Shown piece after piece: positions 24,828 through 35,712 of a stretch of 64,000 nucleotides of DNA. This stretch comes from Gonapodya sp. JEL0774. Its lineage: Eukaryota. The position numbers and the translations under genes are program-made. Position 1 is the stretch's first letter. The number at the start of each line of letters is the position of its first letter. The notes under the pieces are model-generated. The model worked only from the letters and a program-made list of their open reading frames with translations. It was not told the DNA's origin and searched no databases. The DNA lies in contig JADIIX010000034.1 in NCBI GenBank assembly GCA_027604505.1, forward strand, positions 1 to 64,000. Reading direction: 5' to 3'.

Positions 24828-25944
24828 TTACCACTGTGACAGAGTGACTCCAGTCCGCCAAGACGCTGTCGAAGTGGGCGTCGCTGTAATCCAAACCGGA
24901 AATGGTGTACCAGTTCCTGTTCCGCGAGGAGTTGATGCAGGCACAATTGATGGCAATGCCAAGGTGGATGCGGAAGTTGTTGCTGCTACCACAACGGGCG
25001 CAGATCGTGGGGTTGGGGGCGACGAGACAGGTGTCAAAGTAGGTGCCGTTGTGGTGAGAGCGCTCGAAGCTGTTGAAACTGGCGCTGCTGTTGAGTTGGG
25101 TAATACTAGTGGGTTCGTTAGCGCCGTTCCTGCTGAAGCTCCGGAGGAAGCAGAGGATACCGACGGTGACCTTGTGGTGTTTGCACTAATAATCTGACCT
25201 CGAATCGCTCCTGTGGGGATTGCTCTGAGCAAATGCCCCAATGATTTATTTATAAACCACGGGCGGCTGACGAAAACTCAAACCCACTTGGTCCCGATGT
25301 TGACATACACCAGTCCATCCATAAGAGCGGTTTTTAGTTGAGGTAAAGATAGGAGTGGAGACGTATTACTCGGCTTGAACAAACTAGCGTTTGATATATT
25401 GATCGCAAGGCTGAGGTTTCCAATGAAGACTGTCAAATCGAAATGATGGTGAGCACTGACGCATAACGGAAACCAATACCAACACACTCACTCGGTGGTA
25501 AACTGAAGAGAGAGGCTATTTCTGGTCCGGTTTGACCTAGAGGTCCCTGTGAGAGTTATTTTGCTGGTCTGTCATACCGAAGTCGTGACGTCAAACATTT
25601 GAGTGTGTGAAACGACTCACATATTGCAAACTCCCGCTAGTTGGTAAGGTGATATTCTCCAGCTCAATCCTGAACTCGACAGCATCTGCAAACATTCTCA
25701 CAACGATCTCCCCGGAGCTTCCATCTCTATGAGGAGGGATTTCGTTGCTGCCGACCAGTGTTGCGGTAAGTGCGCGGCAAAACACTCCACTTCCGCTGTA
25801 TTGCTCCTGGCAGTTGTTGCAGTACTCGGAGGATACACCTAAAGTCCGGTTGGTGATAGCCTCAATCAGTACCTTCTCTCGAAAGTATTCTAGAGTAACT
25901 CACCACAATATCCGTACTGAGAGCAACAGAATCCCGATGCGCAT
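24828..25944 (-). CDS. Secreted CHRD-domain protein (degenerate; conserved His residues absent) with Ser/Thr/Pro-rich tail
   Basis: Signal-like MRIGILLLSVRILW; ATLVGSNEIPP; ALMDGLVYVNIGT; PTGAIRGQI; GT-AG introns. Confidence 0.7.
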
Positions 25945-26264
25945 GGTACTCCAGGCCCACAGCGTCCGACATCTGCCAATCACAGAGTTGAGTCGACTTA
26001 GCTTGATGCATTAAAACTGTGTGCATTCACCGCTTTGCGACAAGATCATTGATGGGAGCAGTACCCAGATGATTCCAAACACGAAAGATCGGGCTGGCAT
26101 CATTGTGAGCTGATCAGGTCTGAGAACCGACACTCGTCAATTAAAGCAGGGTACTGCCCCGGAAGTTTCGACGGTGATGTCACCGCTCGCAGTCGCCGCC
26201 GCCACACAAATGCCAAGTTTGATCTATTAGAGCTTCTTTCTCCTTCAGCTTTGTCTAAAAGCAA

Positions 26265-27704
26265 ATGATGACGTCCGTCAGGTCTAGAGCTCTCTTCGTC
26301 TTCTTCGCGTTCGCTGGAACTCTACTCGCCGCGCACGGTGAGATCTCACTCCTTCTCGGCCCACCAGTCTCTGTTCTAACCCAGGCACTCACCTACCTTC
26401 CATAAACAGCGCAAAACTATACAGCGAATCTTTCTGGTAGCAACCAGGTGGGTTAACACCAGTTTGGCGGTCGCTTACTTCCACGTTTTCATCACTCGTG
26501 TTCTCACGGTTCCGGGCAACATTTCAGGTGCCCCCTAACAATTCACCGGCTGGTGGAACGGTAAGTGCATTGAGCTGAAAATACTTACCTCGGTCACCCA
26601 TTGTATGAAAACAGGGTGGGGTGTCAAGAGTCGGTATCAGTCTCCCTCATGGGGAACACACCTTTGGGAAGCCTCATGGGTTTAGAGAACACTGCGGGTA
26701 CCCATTCAATTATGAACTTTTCTCACACGATTCAAATTGCCAACACCGCAGTGCTTCGCTCAGACCACCACGGACGCAACCGGCACTCCATACACGTTCT
26801 TTAGCTTGAATGTTACCAATATCTCTAATCCCGTGCGTCCCTTTTGAGCTGTTTGCCTTCATTTGGCCTCGTATTAACACACGACATCACAGGTGGCAGC
26901 ACACTGTCACTCTGGAGGAAGTGGAGAGGAGGGGCCTGTCATTTTCACCATCTTTGATCTCTCAGTGCTCCTGTTTGTTCCTTGTAAGATTCTCCGAGCT
27001 GCCCATCGGTTCGAAATTCAAACTTCATCCCGCCATTTCAGTGATTGATGGGGACGTCTATGTGGAAGGTTATGTCAACAATGATACTCTCTTCTCGCCT
27101 GACAATTTCAGGTGGGTTTTTTGTCATTCTCTTCAGTGGTACAGTGCTGAATCAAATTGTTTCCTGTAACTGACACAACTCAACACAGTCCGGTGAAGAC
27201 CTTCTCCGACTTCACCGCTGCTCTGAACAACGGCTCCATTTACATCAACGTGCACACTCGCTTGAGTCCGACGAACGCACTTGGACCTGGTAATCTCCCT
27301 CTTGGAGAAGTTCGGTGCCAGTTCACGGCCTCTGGGAGCGGTGGATCGTCAACGACAACAAATAGTACATCGAACACAAGTCCCACTCAGGGATCTTCAT
27401 CCGGTTCTGCCACATCAAGCTCCACACGAGGTGGCACACCCGCCACTGCGTCTGGAGCTGCCTCGGCGTCGACTTTAAGCTCTGGCACTGGTGGCGGCAG
27501 CACCACATCCGGAACGGGTGCCGAAACACCCTCTTCTGGGGGTCCGCCAACCATCAGCGGAGCGCCGACGGTAGGCCTGTATCCGTTTTGATTACTGTGG
27601 TTGTGTGTGAATGAGATTTTATCTGGTCGAGCTAGGGTGTCCCGCCATCTTCTTCTGTGTTGGGAGCGCCGACAGGAGCACCTGGTGGTCCAACCACCGC
27701 GTGA
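26265..27704 (+). CDS. Secreted CHRD-domain protein with Ser/Thr/Gly-rich tail
   Basis: Signal peptide MMTSVRSRALFVFFAFAGTLLAAHA; YTANLSGSNQVPPNNSPAGG; VAAHCHSGGSGEEGPVIF; ALNNGSIYINVHT; GEVRCQF. Middle exons and last exon uncertain. Confidence 0.8.
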
Positions 27705-28153
27705 GCGGAAAGTCCCAAAGGTGGAAGTTGTCAGACATAGTTTTCACTAAACTTGTTTTCCTTGAATACATGGCATTGAAAACTCGGGCGGAATACGAGC
27801 TCTGATACAAAGGGCCGACCTTCCCATTCTGTTTGTGGGATGAAGTCGAAAACACGAAATCTGCGCGACAATACACTCCCACAACGATGCAGCTCTTAAT
27901 TGATTCTTGAAAGATTCTTACGTGACGTTACGTCTTGGCCCTAACTCGAAGCACAAACCGTGATTGTCTCGCACTGCGGCGTCGCTGTTTGCCGCTTCAT
28001 ATAACGTGAACCATTATGTAAATATTTCGAAGACGTCAAAACAAATTAATAAAATTTTGAAAATCAAAATCCTAGCTAAGCCTGTGCTACTTCGGAAGCC
28101 TTGGTCGTGAAAAGTCCCCGTTGCGGTAATCACCCCACCCCCGCTCTAATCAA

Positions 28154-29821
28154 TCAAACAAATCCGTCGTCATCCCACACATCCACCCCTTCAAACAAAT
28201 TTACACACTCTCGCGCTAGCTGCGCAGCAGCAGTTGTATCTGTATGATACGCTCTCGTCGAATCAACTGTGGAAGTTGTTGGCACGGGACTTCGGGACCT
28301 GGAGCGTGGGGGTGATGGAGCGCCTTCTCTCTCTGAGGAGTTCGTTCTGTCCGCTAGTGCCATGGTAGACACCATATTCGCGCTTGGTGCTCCTTCGTCT
28401 TCGTATGTTACAGTGCTCGTTGGTCCGGTTGGTCGGGAAGCGGTGATCTGTGCTTCTCGGGCGGCATTTGCACGTTGCAGGGCATCACGAGCGAGTCGTG
28501 CCGCTTCAAGCACATCGTCAAGAGAGAAAGGGGATACGGTGGGTCCGGTAGGTTCATGTGCAGGCGTTTTCTCAGAGTTCTCGATTTCACTCCCTTCAGT
28601 TGCTGATGCTGATTCCGCGGTGACGGGAGCAACACCTGGCAACACTGCGAGACTAGGCATACCCATCATTTGCTCGAACGCAGCATAGCTCGCGTATGCA
28701 TCCGTAACTGCGTACGCCATTTGAGAATCTGTAAGCGGTCTTCGTTCCCAATCACCGGTCCGTTCGGGAGCAGTCTTGTCCAGTGTAGAGGAAAATAGAT
28801 CTTCGCAGAGATTTGCAAGCGTCCCACCTCGCTTGTCCGCATGCCATCGAGCATCTACTTGGCGTGCAACAGCTCGAAGCTCCACCAGACCCGAGCACTT
28901 AAGTCCGTAGTCGCGGTGAAGTTTCAAGGCGTCGTTGCGAATATTGAGGCCAGATTTGAGTAGAGTGGGGGAAGAGAGGAAGGAGACAAGGGGAGGTGGG
29001 ATCGGACTCATGTAGAATATATGAAGTAGGAGGCTAAAGGCAAAAGAGGTTTCATGACAACGGTGTTCCGGTGCGGTAGCATTCGAGACTAGTTCATAGT
29101 CAAGGTGTCCTGACGGTAAAGCTCTTTAAGAGCACCAACCGACAACACTCACATTGTCTTGGCGTCACATATTTGCATCAATGCAACTTTCCTCGGCGCC
29201 ACATTTTTCCGGTATAGAACCCTCCTGTAGAGAGTTGCGATGGTGAAAATGCACAGAATGTGAGACAGTATGAGGCATGTGGACAAAATCTTATGTCTCA
29301 CCATTCAATATCGAGACCGAATCTCTCTCCCTCGAGTTTGGCAATCAGGTCTGCAACGTCACTCGACTTCCAGGTATAATAGGATTGATAATGCTCCGGT
29401 ACACGAAGTAGAGGGTACTTTGGTTTAGCTGGAAGTGTCGTAGCAAGAGGCTTGTTGCCAGGTTTAGAGGGAGGCGGCACAGAAGTCGTCAGACCTTGAG
29501 GCGACTTTTTTTGGTGAAACGATGCCGGAAGCCTGCAGAGCAGACACACGTCTCATCGATACAGTGATCACAATCTAGCTCCGTACCCATCAATGCAGAG
29601 CATATCAATTCTTCTTGAGATTCTGAAAACACCCACCTCCTGGCGGATTTCCCCATTTTCTTCCATAGATCTCCATTTGCATTATCCGCCGACTCGAATC
29701 CGCCAGTGGCTCCTGTTGCCATTGTTGCCGCGATTTGTCGATTAATGAAAGCCGAAGCCGGTTTCAGAGGGTTATGGTGAGACGAGCAAGTTGGCCCCCG
29801 AAGAGACCGCGATGGGATCAT
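28154..29821 (-). CDS. WRN-exonuclease/EXD2-like DEDDy 3'-5' exonuclease (no helicase domain)
   Basis: GLDIEW (Exo I), VALMQI, KSGLNIRNDALKL..DYG (Exo II), DWERRPLTDSQMAYAVTDAY (Exo III). Start codon 29821 or 29723. Confidence 0.88.
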
Positions 29822-30067
29822 CGGCGGATGGGACTCGTGGAGATCGGCGGGATATGTAGTACTCGGTTGGTGGGTGGTATGGCCAATGCGGTAGGACGCC
29901 AAGTTCATGCCCACATCGCTCACTCCAGCAAATTCAGAACGGATATGGAGTGATGAATTAATCAAAAAACGTTTCCCGAAGGTATCAACTGGTCTACTGT
30001 AAGATAAAGTGATAAAAGAAGGCCTCCGTGGCCATTTTTGGGGTTAAAGGCCCACTTCCGGTATCAC

Positions 30068-31661
30068 TCAATACGCAATTTCTCTGTCTGTTCTCCTCTC
30101 TCTCACTCTTCTCTCGTCCCTCACTTGCTCTTCTTCTGGTCCTGCCTGGTGTCCGGCCGAGAACACCTGGTACGCGCCAAACAGAGCCCCACCCACCAAC
30201 CCGATTAACCCCGCTGTGACGCTCACTGTGGCAGCAGCGGCATTTGCAGAGTTGGCATTGCTTTGTGTTGAGGAGGAGACGTCTGTGGATGTGGCGTTTG
30301 TTGGTGAAGCGGGAACGACAGACCGTTTGGATTTGGAAGTCTTGGTGGCTTCTGTGTCGGATTCGGAGTTACTGGAGGAGGTGGACTTGCGTCGAGATTT
30401 CTGTTGCTCGGATGCCGGAATTGATTCCTTAGCGGCAGGTCGGAGGAAGTGGTTGATGGCGAGGGCGCCGCCTCCAGCGACTGCGGCAGCGGCAATTCCC
30501 GTGACTAGGGTACCCCAACAAATCGAACCAAAAAAATGCATTTCTCAAAAGAAGAAGCAAGCTGCAGCGAGGAGATTGCGCAAACGTACCTGCTGCCCAC
30601 GAGCCGACTGTCATCACACCGCGCACCGCTTGAGTCGAAAACCGCCTGTCAAACTTTGCCCACGTCGCGAAATGCTCACCTGAGCACAAAATGACACTGA
30701 TATTTCAACTTCCTCGAAAAACTAGAAACACCCGTACACAGTCCGACGGGCGACGAACTCACAATTGTTCGTGACAACATTGTAAGGACCTTCCCAGTCC
30801 TCCACGTACAAGTGGTTCAGTGCACGAACAGCGATTTCCGATGGTTTGAAATTCTTGTGGCGGGGGTCGTTGAGTTCCTCTTCGGAATAGACGCGACGGT
30901 ACACTGGCATTGCACAAGTGTAATACAAAAGTGACCATGAAAGTGGGGGTTGTCAGCATGGATACCATGAAATCTCGCAAAACGTCATCATAGTCTTCAG
31001 AGGGACGTTGATCTCACTACCGCAGATCCCCAGTCGTACGATTTCACTGCTTCGGGGCGCTCACCTCGTCCATCTGTCGCCCTCTTTACAAACTCCGTCC
31101 ACGTGGTGTCTGCCACACTCCACGGCATATTTTCACTCGAGCGATCGAACCGTTCCACAATTGTGTCCCGTTGCGGAGGACGGTTGCATTGGGTACAAGC
31201 AATGGCGTCGCGGCGGCACTGGTTCAAGGGGATGGATCCACAGGTGTTAGCAATACGCGTTTCCAGAAAAGACCATGGGAAACTAGCGATTCCACTTTCT
31301 AGCTTTAGGCTGCGCAGGTTGGGTCTTCCGTCTCAAATCATCGTGTACCTGTTGGAGTTACCAAACTCCCCATGGCGATGTTTGTTTGAGAGACTACTCA
31401 CCACTCTCCGACAATCAATGCAGATGTTTCCAACATATAGCGCGTAATGATGAACACCAAGACCATCCGGAGTGTAATCACTTGAAAACAAGAAACTTGC
31501 ATTAGCTCCACAGCAAGGAATCAGCCCCGCTGTTTGCTCTCGCAAAGAACTCACCGAAACTGGGCTAATCCAGCTCTCCTCCATATGATATCACCCATTT
31601 TGAGCTCCCATGGTTCGCTGACGGAGGTAGAAAGGAACGAAGCAAGATAATCACATGTCAT
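30068..31661 (-). CDS. LRAT/PLAAT-like (permuted NlpC/P60, NC-domain) protein with zinc-ribbon insert and C-terminal hydrophobic segments
   Basis: Spliced product: LKMGDII, HHYALYVG, YNVVTNN-C-EHFATWAKFDRRFSTQAV (Cys codon split T|GT by an intron); the separate ORF 30068-30541 is the last exon. Confidence 0.8.
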
Positions 31662-32059
31662 CCCCCCCCTCGCAAAAACAAGACCATGACGCCGGTACCA
31701 AGGAGGCCCGTGTCCCACGAAGAATCTCCTTACTTGATTAGCTCTGAATTCGATGGGTCCATGTTCTCCGTCTTCGACGATACGAGAAATTTCACCAGCC
31801 CTTTTGCTTGCGCACTTGGCACGCTGACTGGAGCCTATGCATTCTGTATGGCAAAGCAACGGGCAAAGTTTACCCGATCCGCGGTTACGTCGGACCTCAG
31901 ATTTCCAACGTATTACCGGTGCTGTCGACAGAAGCCACCTCGACTATTTACTCGGTCTAACGCGTTTTTTAACGAGGGGACTCGTTTTTTGACACGGTTC
32001 GCGGGTGATCCTCTTCCACTGGCATTCAGTCATACAAGCCAATCTCACCACTCGCACAA

Positions 32060-33659
32060 ATGCAATCGAATCCCTGGGTTGTCGAAGATGCAGATGACGA
32101 TGTTTTGCCCGCCCCGAATCCGGTGTCCGCTGCCGTCCAATCCCACTCCACCATCCCTGAGCCGGCCTCGGTCTCCCCCAACTCCCGCTTCGACTACGGA
32201 TTGGCGGCCTCAAATCCTTGGGCAAGCTCCCCTTCTACGTCTTTGTCGCCCTTCACCGCACCTCCCCGTTCCAACTCCGTGTCCCCTTCCCCACTGAATG
32301 CCGCTCCCTCTACCGCAGAGCAGAAAACATCCCCCTTATTCGGGGAATCAACGGTAACCTCCCTCAACACATGGCAGATTGATGAGCGCGAAGCAGATCC
32401 TTGGCACCAAGATCAGCGCCAGTATGAAAACGAAGGTGAACGACGACGAGCAGGTTACCTCTATGAGGCCGAGGTTGCTTCCACACACCATGGTGTCCCA
32501 CCGCTCCCCACCTCCCACTCGCGGTACGAAGAAGATGCGCCAGGAGCATGGGGTGTTGACGGTGCTTCCAGGACGTCTGCAGGGTATCAGTTAGTCGGTG
32601 GTGGAGAGTCCCACGTGAAACCATTCAATGATCCAATCCAGAGGGCTGTGAGTGTTATCCATCATCAACCATAATCAATAATTATGAGAAGTCATCTCAT
32701 GGGGCGTGGATTGTGATGCAATCCGTGGGGTGGTGGTGGTCTCCGTGGACCTGCCGCAAAATACCCTTCCGACCTCTCCATTGTCTCTCTCCTACCCCGA
32801 TCCACTCCCGACGTCCCAGAAAGACGCCTCTGCAACAAAAACCACGTCCTATCTTTCCGCCCTCCACTCACATCTCACTTCGAGCATCCCCTTCACGTTT
32901 ACCATCCGGCGCCCGCGAGGGCGCGTAGATGTCCACTTTGTGGCTGCAGTAAGTGAAGTTATGTCCAAGCATGTGGTTGAAGTCGCCGCAAAGCGGGCCG
33001 ATTTAAAGAACCCGGTGGTGAAGGTCGAGCTTAGAGGTCAGTGGTAGCGGAGGGAAGAGGTGTCACTGTTCTCACTGGAGTTGGTTCCTCACCTACCTAC
33101 TTCCCGCTCCAAGTCTCCATCAAACACTCCGGTCTTATTGATTTGGGTACGCTCTCCCATTCCCTACCGTTTCTCCCCTCAAACATCAACTTTGCTCCTT
33201 CTGTCCTTTCCACGCCCCCACCCAGCAAAACACACCCTCAAAACCCACGCCCTCCCCGATACTTCGACCCTGGGACAACCTGGCGGTGAACAAATCGAAG
33301 CCACGTACTCGGGAGCGGAGTTCGCTCGGTCTTTTCTTGGGGTCGCTGCAGCGCCAAAGTTCATCATACAGTTCGCGAGCGGCAGTTCAAGTGGGGGGGC
33401 GTGGGGAGACAAAGTCGTGAGTAAGGTTGACAGCTTTGGGGGTGGGGCGGGGGATTGTGCAAGGAGTAAGCACAGTGCGGCGCCAATCTGTGTGACAGCA
33501 CCGGGTGGGGTCGTGATGACCTCTCCTTCTGAGACCCACAGTGCTCTCGAGTACTATCTTAACAGTTCCCTTTGCATTTCAAAGGCCGATGTCTACATGA
33601 CCTCCGACGATCTTGTTGATGTCCGAGACGTGAGAACAGTGTTTGTACCGGAGGTGTGA
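32060..33659 (+). CDS. Hypothetical protein (disordered N-terminus with NPW/DPW motifs, folded-looking C-terminus)
   Basis: ORFs 32060-32674, 32706-33047 and 33060-33659 linked by gtgagt/gtaagt/gtacgc donors; no family recognised. Confidence 0.55.
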
Positions 33660-34087
33660 TGCGCGGGCAGAGGCGTAATGGCGATTGTGGAGTAGAAGTC
33701 ATGGCATTTGTGGAGTTGTTTGTAGTTGATGGAATAAAGAATCATTCTTACATTGATAATGTAAAGCGAGACCATTATGAAATTCCTCAGAGAGCTTTCC
33801 AACGACTTCACCGAATTTCAATTCCATAAAAGATCTCGTTGGCATAGTTAAACTGCAACTGGCTTTATTATATTCTTGGCTTCTTTGAACTCGAGCAGGG
33901 ATAAAGAGGACACAGCCAGAACGTTCATTTTCATTTTTCATCACCGGGGTTGGATCAGCAAAGCTCTTGAAGCCGCGAATAATGCCTGGCTGTATTTTTC
34001 GTGAAGGAAAGGAGGACAATCACGTGGGCGGACCACCCAGCAGAGTCATGTCTCCCCAGTCTTAAATTAAAGCGTTACGTTGCCGAA

Positions 34088-35560
34088 ATGAATCCAGTCA
34101 CCTCCATCACGAATTCTCAAACAGGACCTGCAGGAAGCGGGTCCCGGTCTGTTGTTAACGGACCTGCCATCGCTGCGAATCCTCCGTCCTCCTCCCCGTC
34201 CCGACCTTCGCAACCACCCTCCTCAGCATTATCCCACTCACAGGGCACAACCGTGGTTTCCCACCTTAATTCATCAAACGGAGGGTCTGGAGTTCGCGTG
34301 GCGGGTGCGGGAGGGGTGCAGTTTGCGCAATACGCGGATCAGGGAGGAAAAGGGCAGCAGCACGCAGGCAACGGGAATGGGGCGACAGGCGGGGGGAACA
34401 AAACACCCGTGAACGATGATGAGACGGCATACAGAGGTAGGTTATGACAGTGAGCATATGCGAACGAGTGCATTCGAGACTGATTGTTCAATGTTCTCAT
34501 GATGCGCGGTCGGATCACTTCTTGTTTTCATGGGGATTCGGCCCGTCTGGATGATTATGGTCGCCTTGGAAGATTTACTGGTGTTTGAGGAACGACTGCG
34601 GGAGCATCAGCGGACGCGGAAGCGGGAGCAGCGAATGTGGGAAGGCGAGTGGTTGGTGAAACGGTGTTCCAACATCCATTCTCATCAGCATTCACGCTGG
34701 AACTCATTCTATTTTTGTCATTCCGTTGATCGCAATAATCTCTTGCGTGGTACCGTTTTCTTCGGTCGACCCCTCGACCAGGCCTCCTCATCCTCGCTGG
34801 ATGCGTTCTTGCTTCTTCACTTTGGCAAATCGTCTGGTGGCGCCATCGGCGGCGTGACGCCGACGAATCTACGTGCTGCTCTATTGATATGCCTTTGAAA
34901 GCACCGGGACACTCAAGTGGCGTTGAGTCCCCCTCACCGTGCTCAGCCAGAGACCAGTTGGCTTCGGAGACGTCTTCTGCGATATGGTGGTTTTACTTTG
35001 TGGCCTTCTTGATATCCATATCGTTCCTGTCGTATTTCTTGCTGCTGTCTGATATGTTCAGAATCAAGATTGTACAGCCTCGAAAGTGAGTGTTGGGTTT
35101 TCGTGGATGTGTCCATGGGGTTGGGACGGGTTGTCGTGTTAACTTCGGATATCGTATCGAACCCTCATCCTCTCGCTTACACTGTGCTCTTACCTCATTT
35201 TCATAATCCATGCGTGGCAACTATCTCCCTCCCTGCGGTGTCACACCTTGCGCACACCCTTCATGCACCCACTCACCCCCCGGCAGATACGTCGCCCACT
35301 CAAACCGTGTCCTCAAGCAGTTCAATATGCAGTACAACCGCGAAGCAAGCGGTGAAATCCACTTCCTACGACGCGTTCCTCGGAAGTTTCAAGAGGGTTT
35401 TGCGGAGTTCCGCCGGCGGCAACGAAGCGGGTCGCCGAATGGGTCACGTTCGGCTGCGGCGCAAGAAATGCGGCGGAGAAGGCCGAAGAAAGATGGATCG
35501 GGATGTGGGGCGGTGGGGAATGACTCGACGAGCAGCGAGTCTGACCTGCGCAGGAGATGA
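34088..35560 (+). CDS. SPO7: Spo7/CNEP1R1-like regulatory subunit of the Nem1-Spo7 phosphatase
   Basis: YRDLLVFEERLR, two hydrophobic segments, FRIKIVQPRKYVAHSNRVLKQFNM, VPRKFQEGFAEFR. Confidence 0.75.
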
Positions 35561-35712
35561 TAACCGCACATCATTGATTTGTACAGGACGACCGAAGTCA
35601 GGTTACAATTGTCAAATATTGATCATCTGATGTCATGAAAAATGTGAATGTGCATAAACATACAGTGAAGCGCTGAACTATACACCAAAAGTGCCCCATC
35701 GCACGAGAGACT

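Noticed and set aside
31222..31398. Extra exon with a non-canonical donor or frameshift in the LRAT-like gene
   Set aside because: A single canonical GT-AG intron explains the region and yields a sensible zinc ribbon.
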